Source: Octopus vulgaris | Lineage: Eukaryota | Direction of reading: 5' to 3' | Length of the DNA: 64,000 nucleotides | Assembly: GCA_951406725.2 (NCBI GenBank) | Contig: OX597832.1 | Coordinates: 21,948,001 to 22,012,000, forward strand | In this document: positions 24,363-37,842 of the stretch, piece by piece | Numbering within the stretch: position 1 is the stretch's first letter | Layout of the letters: the number at the start of each line of letters is the position of its first letter | Translations under genes and position numbers: made by a program | Notes under the pieces: model-generated | Seen by the model: only the letters and a program-made list of their open reading frames with translations | The model's database searches: none | Told to the model about the DNA's origin: nothing

Positions 24363-26148
24363 ATGTGATGTCTGTGAATGATCCATGTTATACATCTGTC
24401 ACATCTGTACTTAGGGATGCAAGAATTCTGGTTTCATACCACAGCAAGCTCTGTGTCTCTTGTGAGATCAAGAAAAACATGATTGATGACTTTTGATTTA
24501 AGCACCAGACCAGTAGTTTCGAAGTGGGGGGGGGGATAAGTCAAGACCATCGCCCCTTGTACTTGACTGGTACTTTATTTTATCGACCCTGGAAGGATGG
24601 AAGACGATGTTTTACCTCAGTGAGATTTGAACTCTGATTGGAAAGTATCAGAAGCAAAACTGCACAACAGACATTTTATCTGACACTCTAATGATTCTGC
24701 CCAATCCAGCCCCGACCCCTAACGATAACAATAGCAATAATAACACTACTTCAAATAATAATAATAATAATAATAGCTCAAACAATGAGTGAGCAGATGA
24801 AAAAGCAAAACAAGAGTAACCTCAATATTCACTGGAAATGATGACGCCAGGCAAATTACTCAGGAATACAAAAAAAAAAAAAAAGAAATTCAAACGAAAA
24901 AAAAGAAAAACAAATAAGTGAAAACCTAAAAAAAATCTCGAATTCCCAAATCCCGAAAGAGCAAAAAAAAAGAAGAGTCAGCCCCCCCCCCCCTCCGCCT
25001 CATCATTGAAAAAAAAAATAATGAAAGACATTGTAAATATAACTTTATTTTAATTATTATTACTATTACCATTATTGTTATTATTGTTGTTGTTGTTATT
25101 ATTATTATTATTCAGCAGTTTGGTATTACAAAAAAAAAAAATAAAAATACAAAAATAAAAAGATGGTGAGGTATTCTATGTCAACTGACACTGAGCACCT
25201 GCTATTAGAAGAGAGAAAATAGTGCGGGATTGATTCAGAGTCAGAACAGTGCAAAATAGACTGATACACAGGTGTGTGTGTGTGCATATATATATATACA
25301 TACATAGAATGTATATATAAAGAGACATACACATATGTTTTTATATATATTTAGGATCTATGTGTATGTTTGTATGTATAGGATCTAGTTGCACTAGACA
25401 GGGTGAGCTTCTGGAATTGTTTCCAGCAAAACAATAGAGAAATGGCATGTGACTGCCACACACACACAGAGAAAAAGTTGTAAATCTATGTCAACTGAAC
25501 TGAGCAATTTAGAAGAGAGAAAATAGTGGATAGATTGATTCAGAGTCAGAACAGAGGCTGCAAAATAGACTGATACACAGGTGTGTGTGTGTGCATATAT
25601 TATTAGAGTGACTGACAGATATACATATATATATATATATATATATTTCAAAGTCTTTGTGAAAACTACTTAATACAGTTTTTGAGTATAAATGGGATTT
25701 TTTTTAAAAACTTATTCTAAACCAAAAAATTATAAAATCTTTTCTCAGAACATCACTAACTTTTTTTGGAAGAAGTTTTTTTCCTCGTGTGTGTGAGCGC
25801 TTTCCATTAATCTTTCCAAACACACATGCTCTTGGATAATATATATATATATAGTCACCATACGTAAGAACAATTTTTTTTTATAAGAAACAGTTTTTTT
25901 TTATTTAACTGTTACTTATAAAAAAAAATAATTTTTTTCCTATGCATGGTGACTTTTGAATCACCCTGTACACACACACACAAACACCACCACAGAGAAA
26001 ATATATATAAAGAGTCTGGCAAAGTCTAGCAGGGTGAACATTTGAAGTGACTGTCACCCTACTTCTAAAACTTTAAAAATGGTTGACAAAAAAATGACTG
26101 AGTGATCTTTCAATGTGATATTGAAATATTTTTTTATTATAACTTGCC

Positions 26149-26189
<41 letters not shown>

Positions 26190-26200
26190 CTCTTTATTAT

Positions 26201-26287
26201 TCACTACGATCGTTTCAACCCATCATTGTGAGATGTTATGTAAACAGTTGTGGTGCATGGTGGGTGCGGATGTGTTTCATCAGGTGA
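26201..26287 (-). ncRNA. Type-I hammerhead ribozyme with long loop-2 insert
   Basis: Minus strand: TCAC-CTGATGA-AACACATC-(about 48 nt)-GATGGGTT-GAAAC-GATC-GTA-GTGA. Stem I is TCAC/GTGA, loop 3 is palindromic (ACGATCGT), and the cleavage triplet is GUA. Confidence 0.8.
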
Positions 26288-26560
26288 GCTGTCAAAAGGT
26301 ACCTCGTTTTTTTATACCTGAATATAAAACTATTACTTAATTGAACTTGGAACTATGAAATTGGATTGGCGTTAGGAAGGGCATCCAGCCTCCCAGACCC
26401 CAGTTGAACTGTCCAACCCATGCTAGCATGGAAAGCAGACGCTAAATGATGATGATGTGTACATACATACACACACACACACACAGGGTTGGTTAACAGT
26501 CACCTGACAGTAAATCATATACACACATACACATATACAGACATACATACATATAAGTAT

Positions 26561-26621
<61 letters not shown>

Positions 26622-27218
26622 CATACACACATGTATGTCAAGAAAGAGAGAGAGAGAGAGAGAAAGTAAGAGAAGCAGATTGTCAGATAAGTAGAGAGAT
26701 GTAAGGCAGCCACCACTCATCTACACCTCCATGTGTTTCCCACATGTGTGGCAACAAGCAGCCATGAATGTACAAATCTACTCCTGTATTTTCTTACACA
26801 CAACCTCAGGTAACCATACAACCCCCACCCCTGCGCCTATATATGCATGTATACACACAGATCCACATACATACACATCCGTAAGGATGTATGCAAATGC
26901 TAACACTTTCACCCAGCCGCACAAATGGTACAGTACATAAACACACAAATTCTGAAAACATACACAAATACAGCCATGCATGTCCGACCCTGTTAAGAAT
27001 ACCCCTAATGCGTCGGGCGATATGATAGGCTTGAGAAGACCTGTTGAGTCAAGTAAAACCAATATCATAGCTGTGGTCTGTCTCCCCTGACTGGCTCCTG
27101 TGCTGGAGGCACGTAAAAAGCACCATCCGAATGTGGTCCGTTTTATGTCAAGTGCACCAGCATGGCCACAGTCAAATGACTGAAGCAAGTTAAAGAATAA
27201 AAGAAAAAAAGGAAGCAT

Positions 27219-27627
27219 TAGGCACAGGAGTGGCTGTGTGGTAAGTAGCTTGCTTACCAACCACATGATTCCGGGTTCAGTCCCACTGCGTGGCACCTTG
27301 GGCAAGTGTCTACTATAGCCTCTGGCCGACCAAAGCCTTGTGAGTGGATTTGGTAGACAGAAACTGAAAGAAGCCCATCGTATATATGTATGTATATATA
27401 TATGTATGCATGTGTGTGTTTGTGTGTTTGTGTTTGTCCCCCTAGCATTGCTTGACAACTGATGCTGGTGTGTTTATGTCCCCGTCACTTAGCGGTTTGG
27501 CAAAAGAGACCGATAGAATAAGTACTGGGCTTACAAAGAATAAGTCCTGGGGTTGAGTTGCTCGATTAAAGGTGGTGCTCCAGCATGGCCTCAGTCAAAT
27601 GACTGAAGCAAGTAAAAGAGTAAAGAG
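27219..27627 (+). mobile_element. SINE family A, full length
   Basis: Intact head and tail. Confidence 0.92.
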
Positions 27628-28359
27628 TATTACATTTGACAGAATAATCTGAATGCTAAAGTGCTAGAGGAGTAAGTAAACCTTTGAAGGTGATGCTCCA
27701 GAATGGCTGCAATCCAATGATTGAAACCAGCCACAGAGGAAAAGATAAAAATTTTTGCAAAAATTAATTTGGGCAACAGAATCTAACGTGACGACTCTGC
27801 GGAGTACCGTAATGGAAACCAATGGAACCTTTTCCTTTCGCAATAAAACACATTGGAATGGAAAAAAAAAAAAACGACAAACAAAAACAAAAAAGAAAAA
27901 AAATGGTTAATAAATAAAATAAATAATATAAAAATAAGGCGGAAAGAAAAGATTATTGCAAGCAAAAGTGTTCAGTGAATAGTGACATAGCTCTTAATTT
28001 GTCGCTTAATAATGTAGTAGACAGTTGTTAATTTAGAATGTGTGTGTGTGTGTTTGAGTGAGTGTGTGTATGCGGGAGAGTTAGACAGATATAGATTAGA
28101 AAATATCAAGCTTGTTTCCATTGGACTTAAAAGGATTTTACATACACATGTACAGAGGTTTTTTTTATAAATATATACATGTATACAAAGGGTCTCACAC
28201 AAGGATTTTTCGTATATACACAGAAAAGGCTTCAGACACATGCACAGAAGTTTCAAACACACACACATACAAACACAGACATTAATAAATGAAAACAATA
28301 CAGAAGTGTGAAAGTGAAAGAGGAGCTATGAGAGAAAGAGAGATAACGAAAGAGGTGGA

Positions 28360-28744
28360 GAGAGAGAGAGAGGATAGCAAGAAAGGGAGAGTGGATAGAA
28401 AGACAGAGAGCGATAGAGTGATAGATAGATAGATTGAGAGAGAGAGGATAGCTAGAAAGGGAGAGTGGATAGAAAGACAATGAAAGAGAGATAGATAGAT
28501 AGATTGAGAGAGAGAGAGGATAGCAAGAAAGGGAGAGTGGATAGAAAGACAGAGAGCGATAGAGTGATAGAGAGAGATAGATAGATAGATTGAGAGAGAG
28601 AGGATAGCTAGAAAGGGAGAGTGGATAGAAAGACAATGAAAGAGAGATAGATAGATAGATTGAGAGAGAGAGAGGATAGCAAGAAAGGGAGAGTGAATAG
28701 AAAGACAGAGACCAATAGAGAGAGAGAGAAAGACAGACAGACAG

Positions 28745-28786
<42 letters not shown>

Positions 28787-28790
28787 CAGG
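28360..28790. repeat. Purine-rich minisatellite (about 65-80 bp unit GAGAGGATAGC.AGAAAGGGAGAGTGGATAGAAAGACA…GATAGATT), about 5 copies
   Basis: Seen directly; repeated peptides in ORFs 28253..28636 and 28282..28881. Confidence 0.88.
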
Positions 28791-29519
28791 TAGAGAGAAC
28801 AAAAGAAGGTAAGAAGCAGTGACTTTCACACCTATCAGATAGCAACAAGCTTTGGAAGCGCTGACCTGACAACGCCAACAAACAACAACAAAAACGTGAA
28901 CTCTGAAGGGAGCTTTCATATCATTGCTCGACTTCCAGGAAATAGCAACTGCATATCCCTCAGATAGCACTTTAATGCATAAGAAATGGAAGGTAAGATT
29001 GGATAATAATGTAGTTCTGGATATACAATGTTTGAGAAAAGGGCAAGATGCTTAAGGCTAGGATATCATTGATCATTGGTCAGCTCAATCAGGACTGCCA
29101 AGGGGCTTAGCAGTAGCAACAGCAGCCATTCAAGAATTTGAACCTGAGGATCTCCACTTCCAGCGACTTCGAGGGCCACCTCCCAGTGGTGTCGGGCGTC
29201 AGTAAAGAGCCCTTGACTACAAGACCAAAGTTTTTTTTTTCCCAAGGTCTGGGTTCTCCCACCCCTAAGCCCTAGACCATCACCTAATCACCCTTACCTG
29301 TCTTGTTGCTTAAGAACAACAACAGCAACAGTACAAGTGATACAATAGACAATACCACAATGCCAAGAGAACAAGAGCAACAATGCCGAAGACTGACAGC
29401 ACCACAGGCTGTCAATACCACAATTGCAACAGCTCTGACCGTCAACATCATGGTTTATCAATACCACAGGCCGGTCAACACCACAAACCATCAACATCAC
29501 ACACTACCAACGCCATAGA

Positions 29520-30030
29520 CCATCAGCACTGCATACTGCTAACATCACAAACCATCTAGTCCACAGACTGTCAACACTGCAGACTGTCAATACTGTACAC
29601 TACCATCACTACAGATTGTCAAGACTGCAGACTGCCAACACTGCAGAAGACTGTCAATACTGCACACTACCAACACCACAGACTGTCAACACTGCAGACT
29701 GCCAACACAGTAGACCATCAACACTGCAGACTGTCAAGACTACAGACTGCCAACACAGCAGACTGTCAACACAGCAGACTGCCAACACAGCAGACTGTCA
29801 ACACTACAGACAGCCAACACTGCAGACTGTCAACACTGCAGACTGTCAACAATGCAGACCGCCAACACTGCAGACTGCCAACACAGCAGACCATCAACAC
29901 TGCACACTACCAGCACCACAAACTGTCAACACTGCAGACTGTCAATGCTGCACACTACCAACACCACAGACAGTCAACATTGTACACTAGCAACATAACA
30001 GACTGTCAACACCGCAGACCGTCAACACTG
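29520..30030. repeat. 16-bp minisatellite (CAGACTGTCAACACTG)n, degenerate
   Basis: Seen directly. Confidence 0.9.
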
Positions 30031-30890
30031 CAGCCCACCACAGCTCTTTATACACACACAAAGTGGAATACGTTCAAAGCTGTCTCCACTAATTTCTGAA
30101 ATTATTAAAACCACTGAGTTAATATTGTCTTTTCCTCGCAGCATAAATATCTCTAATAACACTTACATTTTAATTATCACTTCATTAAATACGTTAACAC
30201 CAATTAAACGATATTCCAATAATCTTGAAGGATGGTTCCAGTCACGATATTACAAACTAATAAACTGATTAGTGAGCAAGTCAACAAAGAAGAGAGCCTA
30301 TATATATATACAGTCACCTGATTTGCTAGAAATAGCAACCAGATTCACTTTACATACGACCCTGCTGTCTTAAAAATTCTCCAAATTACTGTATTCATCA
30401 GCCCTATTAATCCTTTTGACGTTCACTTTTCCATGGTTGCATGAGTTAGACGGAATTTGCTGAGGCAGATTTTCTATGGCTGGATGCCCTTCCTGTCTCT
30501 AACCATGGCCTGTTTCCAAGTAAGATAACATAGTAGAAAACACTTGAAGATGCCACGCAAGGGGATTGAACCCAAAACTACGTGGTTGGCAAGCAACCTT
30601 CTTACAGCACAGTTATGCCTTTGCTGAATGCCATACCAGAACTTAGAATGATTTTAGTGTGGTAATAATTACTGTTGTTATTTCTATTCACAGTTATTTC
30701 CATCATGTTGCCAGCCAGTCAAAAACAAGGCTTTGGAATGATATCCAAACATGGCTGACCCCTGATCAACAAGGTTCACAACTAAATCGACTAATGACAG
30801 ATACTGTACCCTCGTTCTTAGAAGACTAAAGACTATTTACAGCCAATTATTTCCAGACTTCTGCATTCAACAATCTCACCAGTTTGATAA

Positions 30891-31207
30891 GTGAAGGCAC
30901 ATGGCCTAGTGGTTAGAGCAGCAGACTCGCGGTCGAGGGATCGCGGGTTCGAATCTCAGACCGGGCGATGTGTGTGTTTATGAGTGAAACACCTAAGCTC
31001 CACGCGACTCCGGCAGAAGGTAATGGCGAAACTTCTGCTGACTCTTTCGCCACAACTTTCTCTCACTCTTTCCTCCTGCATCTCGCACCTCACCTGCGAT
31101 GGACCGGCGTCCCGTCCAGGTGGGGAACCTATACGCCAAGAAACTGGGGAAACCGGCCCTTATGAGCCAGGCATGGCTCGAGAAGGAACAAACAACAACA
31201 ACAACAA
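30891..31207 (+). mobile_element. SINE family D (head D plus tail X), full length with (CAA)n tail and TSD
   Basis: TGGCCTAGTGG (A box), GGTTCGAATC (B box), tail AACAACAAC; ACCAGTT(T/C)GATAA on both flanks. Confidence 0.9.
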
Positions 31208-31924
31208 CCAGTTCGATAACCAGAATACACAGCATTTAGTTCAGGGTGGAAGCGGGTAATTGTGACTTTGGGATGAGGTACCTGCCTGTTTAACTGCTTT
31301 CCTCAATGGTGAAGGGGATGTTTTGGGTCACTTCCACCTTTCTAAGAATTGATTACTCATGGAAACTATATTGCGTCAGACTGAGACAGTGTTAGTCACT
31401 GTAGCTCCATTTATTAACAAAGGTGGAAACATTCAATACGTAAAAATAATGTAATTGGGGAATATTTTTTTTAATATTTTTTTTTTCCTGTTTTGTTTTT
31501 GTTTTTTATTAACCAAATGAAAGAATCTCGCATTTGTTTTGGTCTTTTTATTATATAAAAAACATCGATTCAATTGGGGCCGTTCCAAGAATAAAAATTT
31601 CGGTCTATTTTTTGATATTGAATTTTATTGATTACAAACTAAAAATAGAACACACACAAAAACAAAAAAAAAACCCCAAACAAACCAAAAAGTTTTGTAT
31701 GCAAATTCACATAATCAATAAAGTCAGTAGGTTGGACAAAATGAGCCATCGGGCCATTATTTATTGCTCCACCCAACTTAAAGTAGGGATCAAACTATAA
31801 TAATAATGATAATAATAATGATAATAATGAAAATAATAATGATAATAATGAAAATAATAATGATAATAATGAAAATAATAATGATAATGATAATAATACT
31901 GATATTAATAATAATAATGATAAT

Positions 31925-32473
31925 ATGCAGTACCAGGCAGTGGCTCTCATTGTTTCTGATCTTAACTGATTGGAAGTGTTATCATGTGCATTGTTTCGTC
32001 TTGGTATAAAAGATGGGTTACAGCAAATATTCTGCTCAATACCACACATTTGCTTGTCAGTTGTTTGATCTTAACCAGTTGAGCATGTCTCTTAGTGGCT
32101 GACGATATGTGCATCTCTGATCACGAGCAGAAGTAGTGGGGGAGCATCGTGGCCGTGTGTTGAGAGGGATTCTCGGAGGTTTAGATAATTCACCTTTGGA
32201 AACATGGGTGTTTCGTTCAACATCCTTAAACAACCCTTATTCAGAGACCTTTTGAGTGGGATGGACTACTCTACCTGAAGAAAAATTCTAACTGGGCCCC
32301 ACCTGCAAGGTCATGCACTGTTTAACTTGACATGAGATCACCATGTCATGCACACATGGTTGTGATGCATGTGCCTGGTGTACCCTTATCAGACGGGTAG
32401 TCATGATGGATATACAGGGCTTCGTATAGGTTACCCCAGTGTCACTTTGATGGCATGTACTGCTCTCTCACTC
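31925..32473. mobile_element. About 550-bp non-coding insertion embedded in an (AAT)n tract
   Basis: High-complexity block with sharp boundaries and (TAA/TGA)n on both sides. Confidence 0.55.
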
Positions 32474-32848
32474 AATGATAATAATAATAATTCTTCCTAA
32501 TTTTGGCACAAGGCAAGCAACTTTGAAGGGGGAGAAGGCAAGGCAGTTATATAGACCCCAGTACCTGACTGGTACTATATTTCAACAATCCTGGAAGGAT
32601 GAAAGGCAAAGCTGACCTCAGTGCTAATTGAACTTAGAATGGAGAGAGATGCTAAGAATTTTCTCTGATGCACCAAAGATTTCTGCCACCTTAATAATAA
32701 TAATCCTTTCTACTATAGGTGTAAGGCCTGAAATTTGGGGACGGGGTAAGTCAATTATATTAACCCCAGTACTCAACTGGTACTTATTTTATCGACCCCG
32801 AAAGGATGAACAGCAAAGTGTAGGGGGTGTGAGAGGGTATGAGAGCAT

Positions 32849-33150
32849 GTTTGTTCCTTCTTGAGCCATGCCTAGCTCATAAGGGCCGGTTTCTCGGTTT
32901 CCTTGGCATATAGGTTCCCCACCTGGACGGGACGCCGGTCTGTTGCAGGTGAGCTGCAAGACGGAGGAGGAGAGAGTGAAAGAAAGTTGTGGCGAAAGAG
33001 TCAGCAGAAGTTCACCATTACCTTCTGCCGGAGCCGCGTGGAGCTTAGGTGTTTCACTCATAAACACGCACATCACCTGGTTTGAGATTCGAACCCGCGA
33101 TCTCTCAACCGCGAGTCCGCTGCTCTAACCACTAGGCCATGTGCCTTCAC
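32849..33150 (-). mobile_element. SINE family D, full length
   Basis: Reverse complement of 30891-31195; AGAGCATGT on both flanks. Confidence 0.9.
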
Positions 33151-33882
33151 CATCAGAGCATGTGTGTGTGGAGAGGGTATGAGAGAATGTGTGTGGAGGG
33201 CGTGTCAGAGTATGTGTGTGTGTGTGTGGAAGGGGTGTGAGAGCACGTATGTTTGTGTATGTATGTGTATGTATGTGTGTGATCCTTAATTTTCATTGGT
33301 TATCCTCAAGTCCCCCCTTTGGTAGAGTAGACCTACAACGAAGGACACAACAAGTGAGATCTGAGGGAGTGGGGGGGGGGCAATTTATTTCGGCTGTTAT
33401 TTCTAGCGAGACAAAACAAAGCAACCGTAACAAAAGGCTCGCATTATCCTTAAAACATTAACGTTGTCTGAAACGGAAACCCCGAGTTACATCGCAGCCC
33501 CAAGAAGGATTAAACAGAACGGTATTTAACCATTAACGGGCATCGAAACAAAGCAAACCAAAACAAAAAAAAACTCAAATAACAAACAAAATAAACAAGA
33601 AAAAAACACTGAAGTTCATTAAAGACAAGGAAATAAGGAAGTTATGTCTGACAGCAGCTGTTAGTTTTTGAGGCTTTTTCTGTCTTTTTGCTGTGTTTTT
33701 TTCTTTTTTTTTATTCCCCCCCTCCTTTTTTTTTTTTTTTTTTTTCGGAGGTTAACAACTAGATTCCATTAATAGTTGGAAATCCTACTAAAGTTTCATG
33801 TTAGAAAGTCTTTCAAGTTTTGACATTAAACTGATTGGTCTGTTGAACACGACACCAGATGCTGCTAGCATTACAGCGGTGA

Positions 33883-34108
33883 GGATGATGATGATGATGA
33901 TGATGACGACAGAGATGATGATGCTGGTGATGACAATGATGATGATGATGATGATGTCAGTGATGCTGCTGCTGGTGATGACGATGATGATGATGATGAT
34001 GATGATGATAATGAAGTCAGTGATGATGCTGCTGGTGATGACGATGATGATGATAATGATGCTGCTGGTGATGATGATGATGATAATGATGATGATGCTG
34101 GTGATGAC

Positions 34109-34162
<54 letters not shown>

Positions 34163-34290
34163 GTCAGTGATTATGCTGCTGGTGATAATGATGATGATGA
34201 TAATGGTGGTGATGAAGATGACAATGATGACTATGTTGATAACAATGATAATGATGATGGTGAAAATGACGATGATGATGATGACCACCA
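33883..34290. repeat. (GAT)n triplet repeat
   Basis: Seen directly. Confidence 0.95.
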
Positions 34291-34934
34291 CCACTGCTGC
34301 TGCTGCCACCCACGCAGTCTCATCTCTGCCACTGCCGCATCCACCACAGAGATGGCGATGACGACAAAGGTGTTAACAATAATCAAAAGCCCCGCCAACA
34401 CCACCTACCCACTCCGCCCACCCACTGCTACCGTCGCTGCCAAGACGATGGAAACAATGACGACAATGACCACCCCATCCCCCTCATTAACACCCCTCCA
34501 CCATACCACCGAAATCTTGTTGTTTAGAGACTTGGTTATCAGCCAATGAAATTACTTACTCAATTTCTATTCCATTGCACAAGACGCAATCAGGCTTTCA
34601 CAATACATAACCACACATACTCACAGATAGACACACACAAACACACACATATACATACATACATACATACACACAGATAGACACACGCATACATACATAT
34701 ATATACACATACACATCTATGATGTAACACACACATATACACATGCAAAGTGCGGATGTGAGGTCAACACAATTAAATCTCTGAAAGGTCAAATTTTTGA
34801 ATTTTGATAAAGGAACACCACATCCCATTATAGAGAAGCTTCAAACATCCTGGTGTGTTTTAGAAGAGCAAGGAATAGGAGTGGGGGGTTGACAAGTTGA
34901 TGTTACATAACAACATTGTGGCTGTCACTGAGCA

Positions 34935-35330
34935 TCCCAGCTCAGTTCAGCCTGGCTCAGCCCACCTCGGTTCAGCCCAGCTCAGCTCAGCTCAGCTCAG
35001 CTCAGCCAACCTCGGTTCAGCCCAGCTCAGCTCAGCCAACCTCGGTTCAGCCCAGCTCAGCTCAGCCAACCTCGGTTCAGCCCAGCTCAGCTCAGCCAAC
35101 CTCGGTTCAGCCCAGCTCAGCTCAGCCCAGCTCAGTCCACCTCAGTTCAGCCTAGCTAAGCTCAGCTCAGCCAACCTCGGTTCAGCCCAGCTCAGCTCAG
35201 ACTGGTTCAACCTAGCTCAGCCTAGCTCAGTTCAGCCTGGCTCAGCCCACCTTGGTTCAGCCCAGCTCAGCTTAGTTCAGCCTAGCTCAGCCCAGCTCAG
35301 ATCATCCTAGCTCAGCCCAGCTCAGCTCAG
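34935..35330. repeat. (CTCAG)-pentamer-based 30-bp minisatellite
   Basis: Unit CTCAGCTCAGCCAACCTCGGTTCAGCCCAG is repeated. Confidence 0.92.
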
Positions 35331-36751
35331 AACTCTTATCTTTTATGTTTTGCTTGTTTCTGTTACCTGACTGCGGCCATGCTGGGGCACTGCCTTGAAG
35401 GGCTTTAGTCGAACAAATCAACTTCCAGTAGATATGCCTTTTCCAAAATTCTGGTACTGATTCTATTGGTCTCATTTGCACTGGAATGCTACATTACAAG
35501 GATGTAAACAAACCAACACCGATTATCAAGCAAAACAGAAATTTGGAACAGATACTGATACTACAAGGCCACACTGCTCTGGATTGGTACCTTTGGAGTT
35601 TTTTATTACTGACCACAGCAGGGTTATTCATTTTTGCCAGCTCAGTGGACTGGAGCAATGTGGAATGAAATGCCTTGCTCAAGAACACAACGCGTCGCCC
35701 GGTCCAGGAACTGAAACCACAATCTCACAGTCATGAGTCCAACACCTTAACCATTAAGCCACGCACCTCCACACACACACACACACATGGTGATGTGAAT
35801 ATATATCAACAGCACAAATCAAAAAGAAATCATTAAAAAAAACTATAAAACATTCTATTCTATCAAGAAAAAAACAGATACCAAACATGGAAGAAAACCA
35901 TTCAGTTATAATGAATACAATGGCCACCACTTGACAAGAAATCATCAATAACTGATCTATGGCTTTGCCATTGTAATGGCATTTTTAAAATCATCATCAT
36001 CATCATCGTCATTATTATTATTATTATTATCATTATTGTTATTATTATTATTGTTATTACATGTGTAGCAGCGTCACCGGAAGAAGCATGATTAACCAGT
36101 TTTCGTCTGTGCAAAGAGCTTTATGGAATAAGTTGCTATGGATTTCCTGAGATTGAAACAGTGAGTTATGTAAAAGGAATAGAAAAGAAAAGAAAAGAAA
36201 AGAAAGGAAAGAAAATAAATAAATAAAAATGTAAAAAATCAGGAGATCACAGGACCCGGAGGCAAGACACTTTGTAGTATGTAATGATTCTTGGCATACA
36301 AATGTTTGGTAGAGAAGCATGCCATATATCATTGTGTCCTTCCCATTTCTCTCTCTCTCTCTCTCTCTCTGTATGTGTGTATGTGTGTGTGATTGTATGT
36401 ATATGTGTGTGTATGTATGTGTGTGTGTTTATGTATGTATGTGTGTGTATGTATGTATGTGTGTGTATGTATGTATTTGTGTTTATGTATGTATGTATGT
36501 ATTTGTGTGTATGTATGTACATATGTATTTGTGTGTATGTATGTACATATGTATTTGTGTGTATGTATGTACATATGTATTTGTGTGTATGTATGTATGT
36601 ATGTGTGTGTGTATGTATGTATGTGTATTTATGTATGTATGAATGTGTGTGTATGTATGTACGTATGTATTTATATACGTATCTATGTATTTATGTGTGT
36701 ATGTACGTGTGTGTGTGTGTGTATGTATGTTTGTATGTATTTATGTGTGTA

Positions 36752-37090
36752 CATCATCATCATCATCATTTAACGTCTGTTATTCATGCTGGCATGGGTT
36801 GGATGGTTTGACTAGGCTGGCACGCTGGAAAGCTACACCTAACTCCAGTCTGATTTGGCATGGTTTTCTATGGCTGGATGCCCTTCCTAACACCAACCAC
36901 TGCGAGCGTGTAATGGGTGCTTTATGTGCCACCAGTACAGGTGCCATTTTTGTGATACCAGTATCTGCCACAACTGCGATTTTGCTCAGCTTGATGCCAA
37001 AGGTCTTGGTGATTGCTTCCGTGAGGCCCAACACTCAAAAGGAACTCAGCCACTTTGCCTTCATGTGGCCCAACACTCCAAAGGAACTCA
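36752..37090 (-). mobile_element. RTE-LINE 3' end (family C)
   Basis: Same subfamily as 17056-17390. Confidence 0.8.
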
Positions 37091-37131
37091 GTCACCGACA
37101 CACACACACAACACTCACATTCCTACATACC

Positions 37132-37445
37132 CTCAGTGGTTAGAGCATTGGGCTCACAGTCATGAACTCAATTCTTGGACTGGGCTTTGCGTTGTGTTCT
37201 TGAGCAAGACACTTTATTTCACATTTGCTTCAGTTCACTCAGCTGTAGAAATGTGATGTGACATCACTGGTGCCAAGCTGTATCAGCCTTTCCCTTTTCC
37301 TTGCTCAACATCAGTGGTATGGAGAAGGGAGGCTGGTATGCATGGGCGACTGCTGGTCTTTCCATAAACAAGCTTGCCCGCAGGGGAACTTTCTAGGTGC
37401 AATCCCATGGTCATTCATGACCGAAGGGGGAGGGGGTTCTTTACT
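37132..37445 (+). mobile_element. SINE head E (CORE-like) plus tail Z
   Basis: GTTGTGTTCTTGAGCAAGACACTTTA…CTCAGCTGTAGAAATG…CTTTCTAGGTGCAATCCCATGGTCATTCATGACCGAAG. Confidence 0.8.
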
Positions 37446-37842
37446 CTTTACCTTTTATAGGCATCATAGTCATCATCATCAGCACCATCATTTAACAGCT
37501 ACTGTCCATGCTGTCATGGATTGGATGGTTTGACAGGTTATCCAGTGAGCCAACAAAGCTGTACTGGGCCTCAACATCAACTTTGGTATGGTTTCTCAGG
37601 CCAGATGCCCTTCCTAATACCAGCCACTTCTTGGAGTGCACTGGTTGCTCTTTCTCTTATGCCACCGGCACTGGTGGGTTGGCCAAGTAACTTGCAAGGC
37701 AGAAGAACAGGGAGAGGAAAAAAGAACAAGATCCTACAACTAAATGGGGAGGTGGCTATATAGTGATTGTCGAAAGGTTTCACTGAACTGTGGCCATGCT
37801 GGTGCACCACCTTGAAGGGTTTAGTCAAACAAATTGACTCCA

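Noticed and set aside
29616-29990. Cys/Gln/Thr-rich repetitive protein ORF
   Set aside because: It is the translation of a 16-bp minisatellite whose unit is not a multiple of three.
30891-30965. tRNA gene
   Set aside because: A and B boxes are present, but the sequence continues into a SINE body with tail and TSD; this is a tRNA-derived head, as in the other copies.
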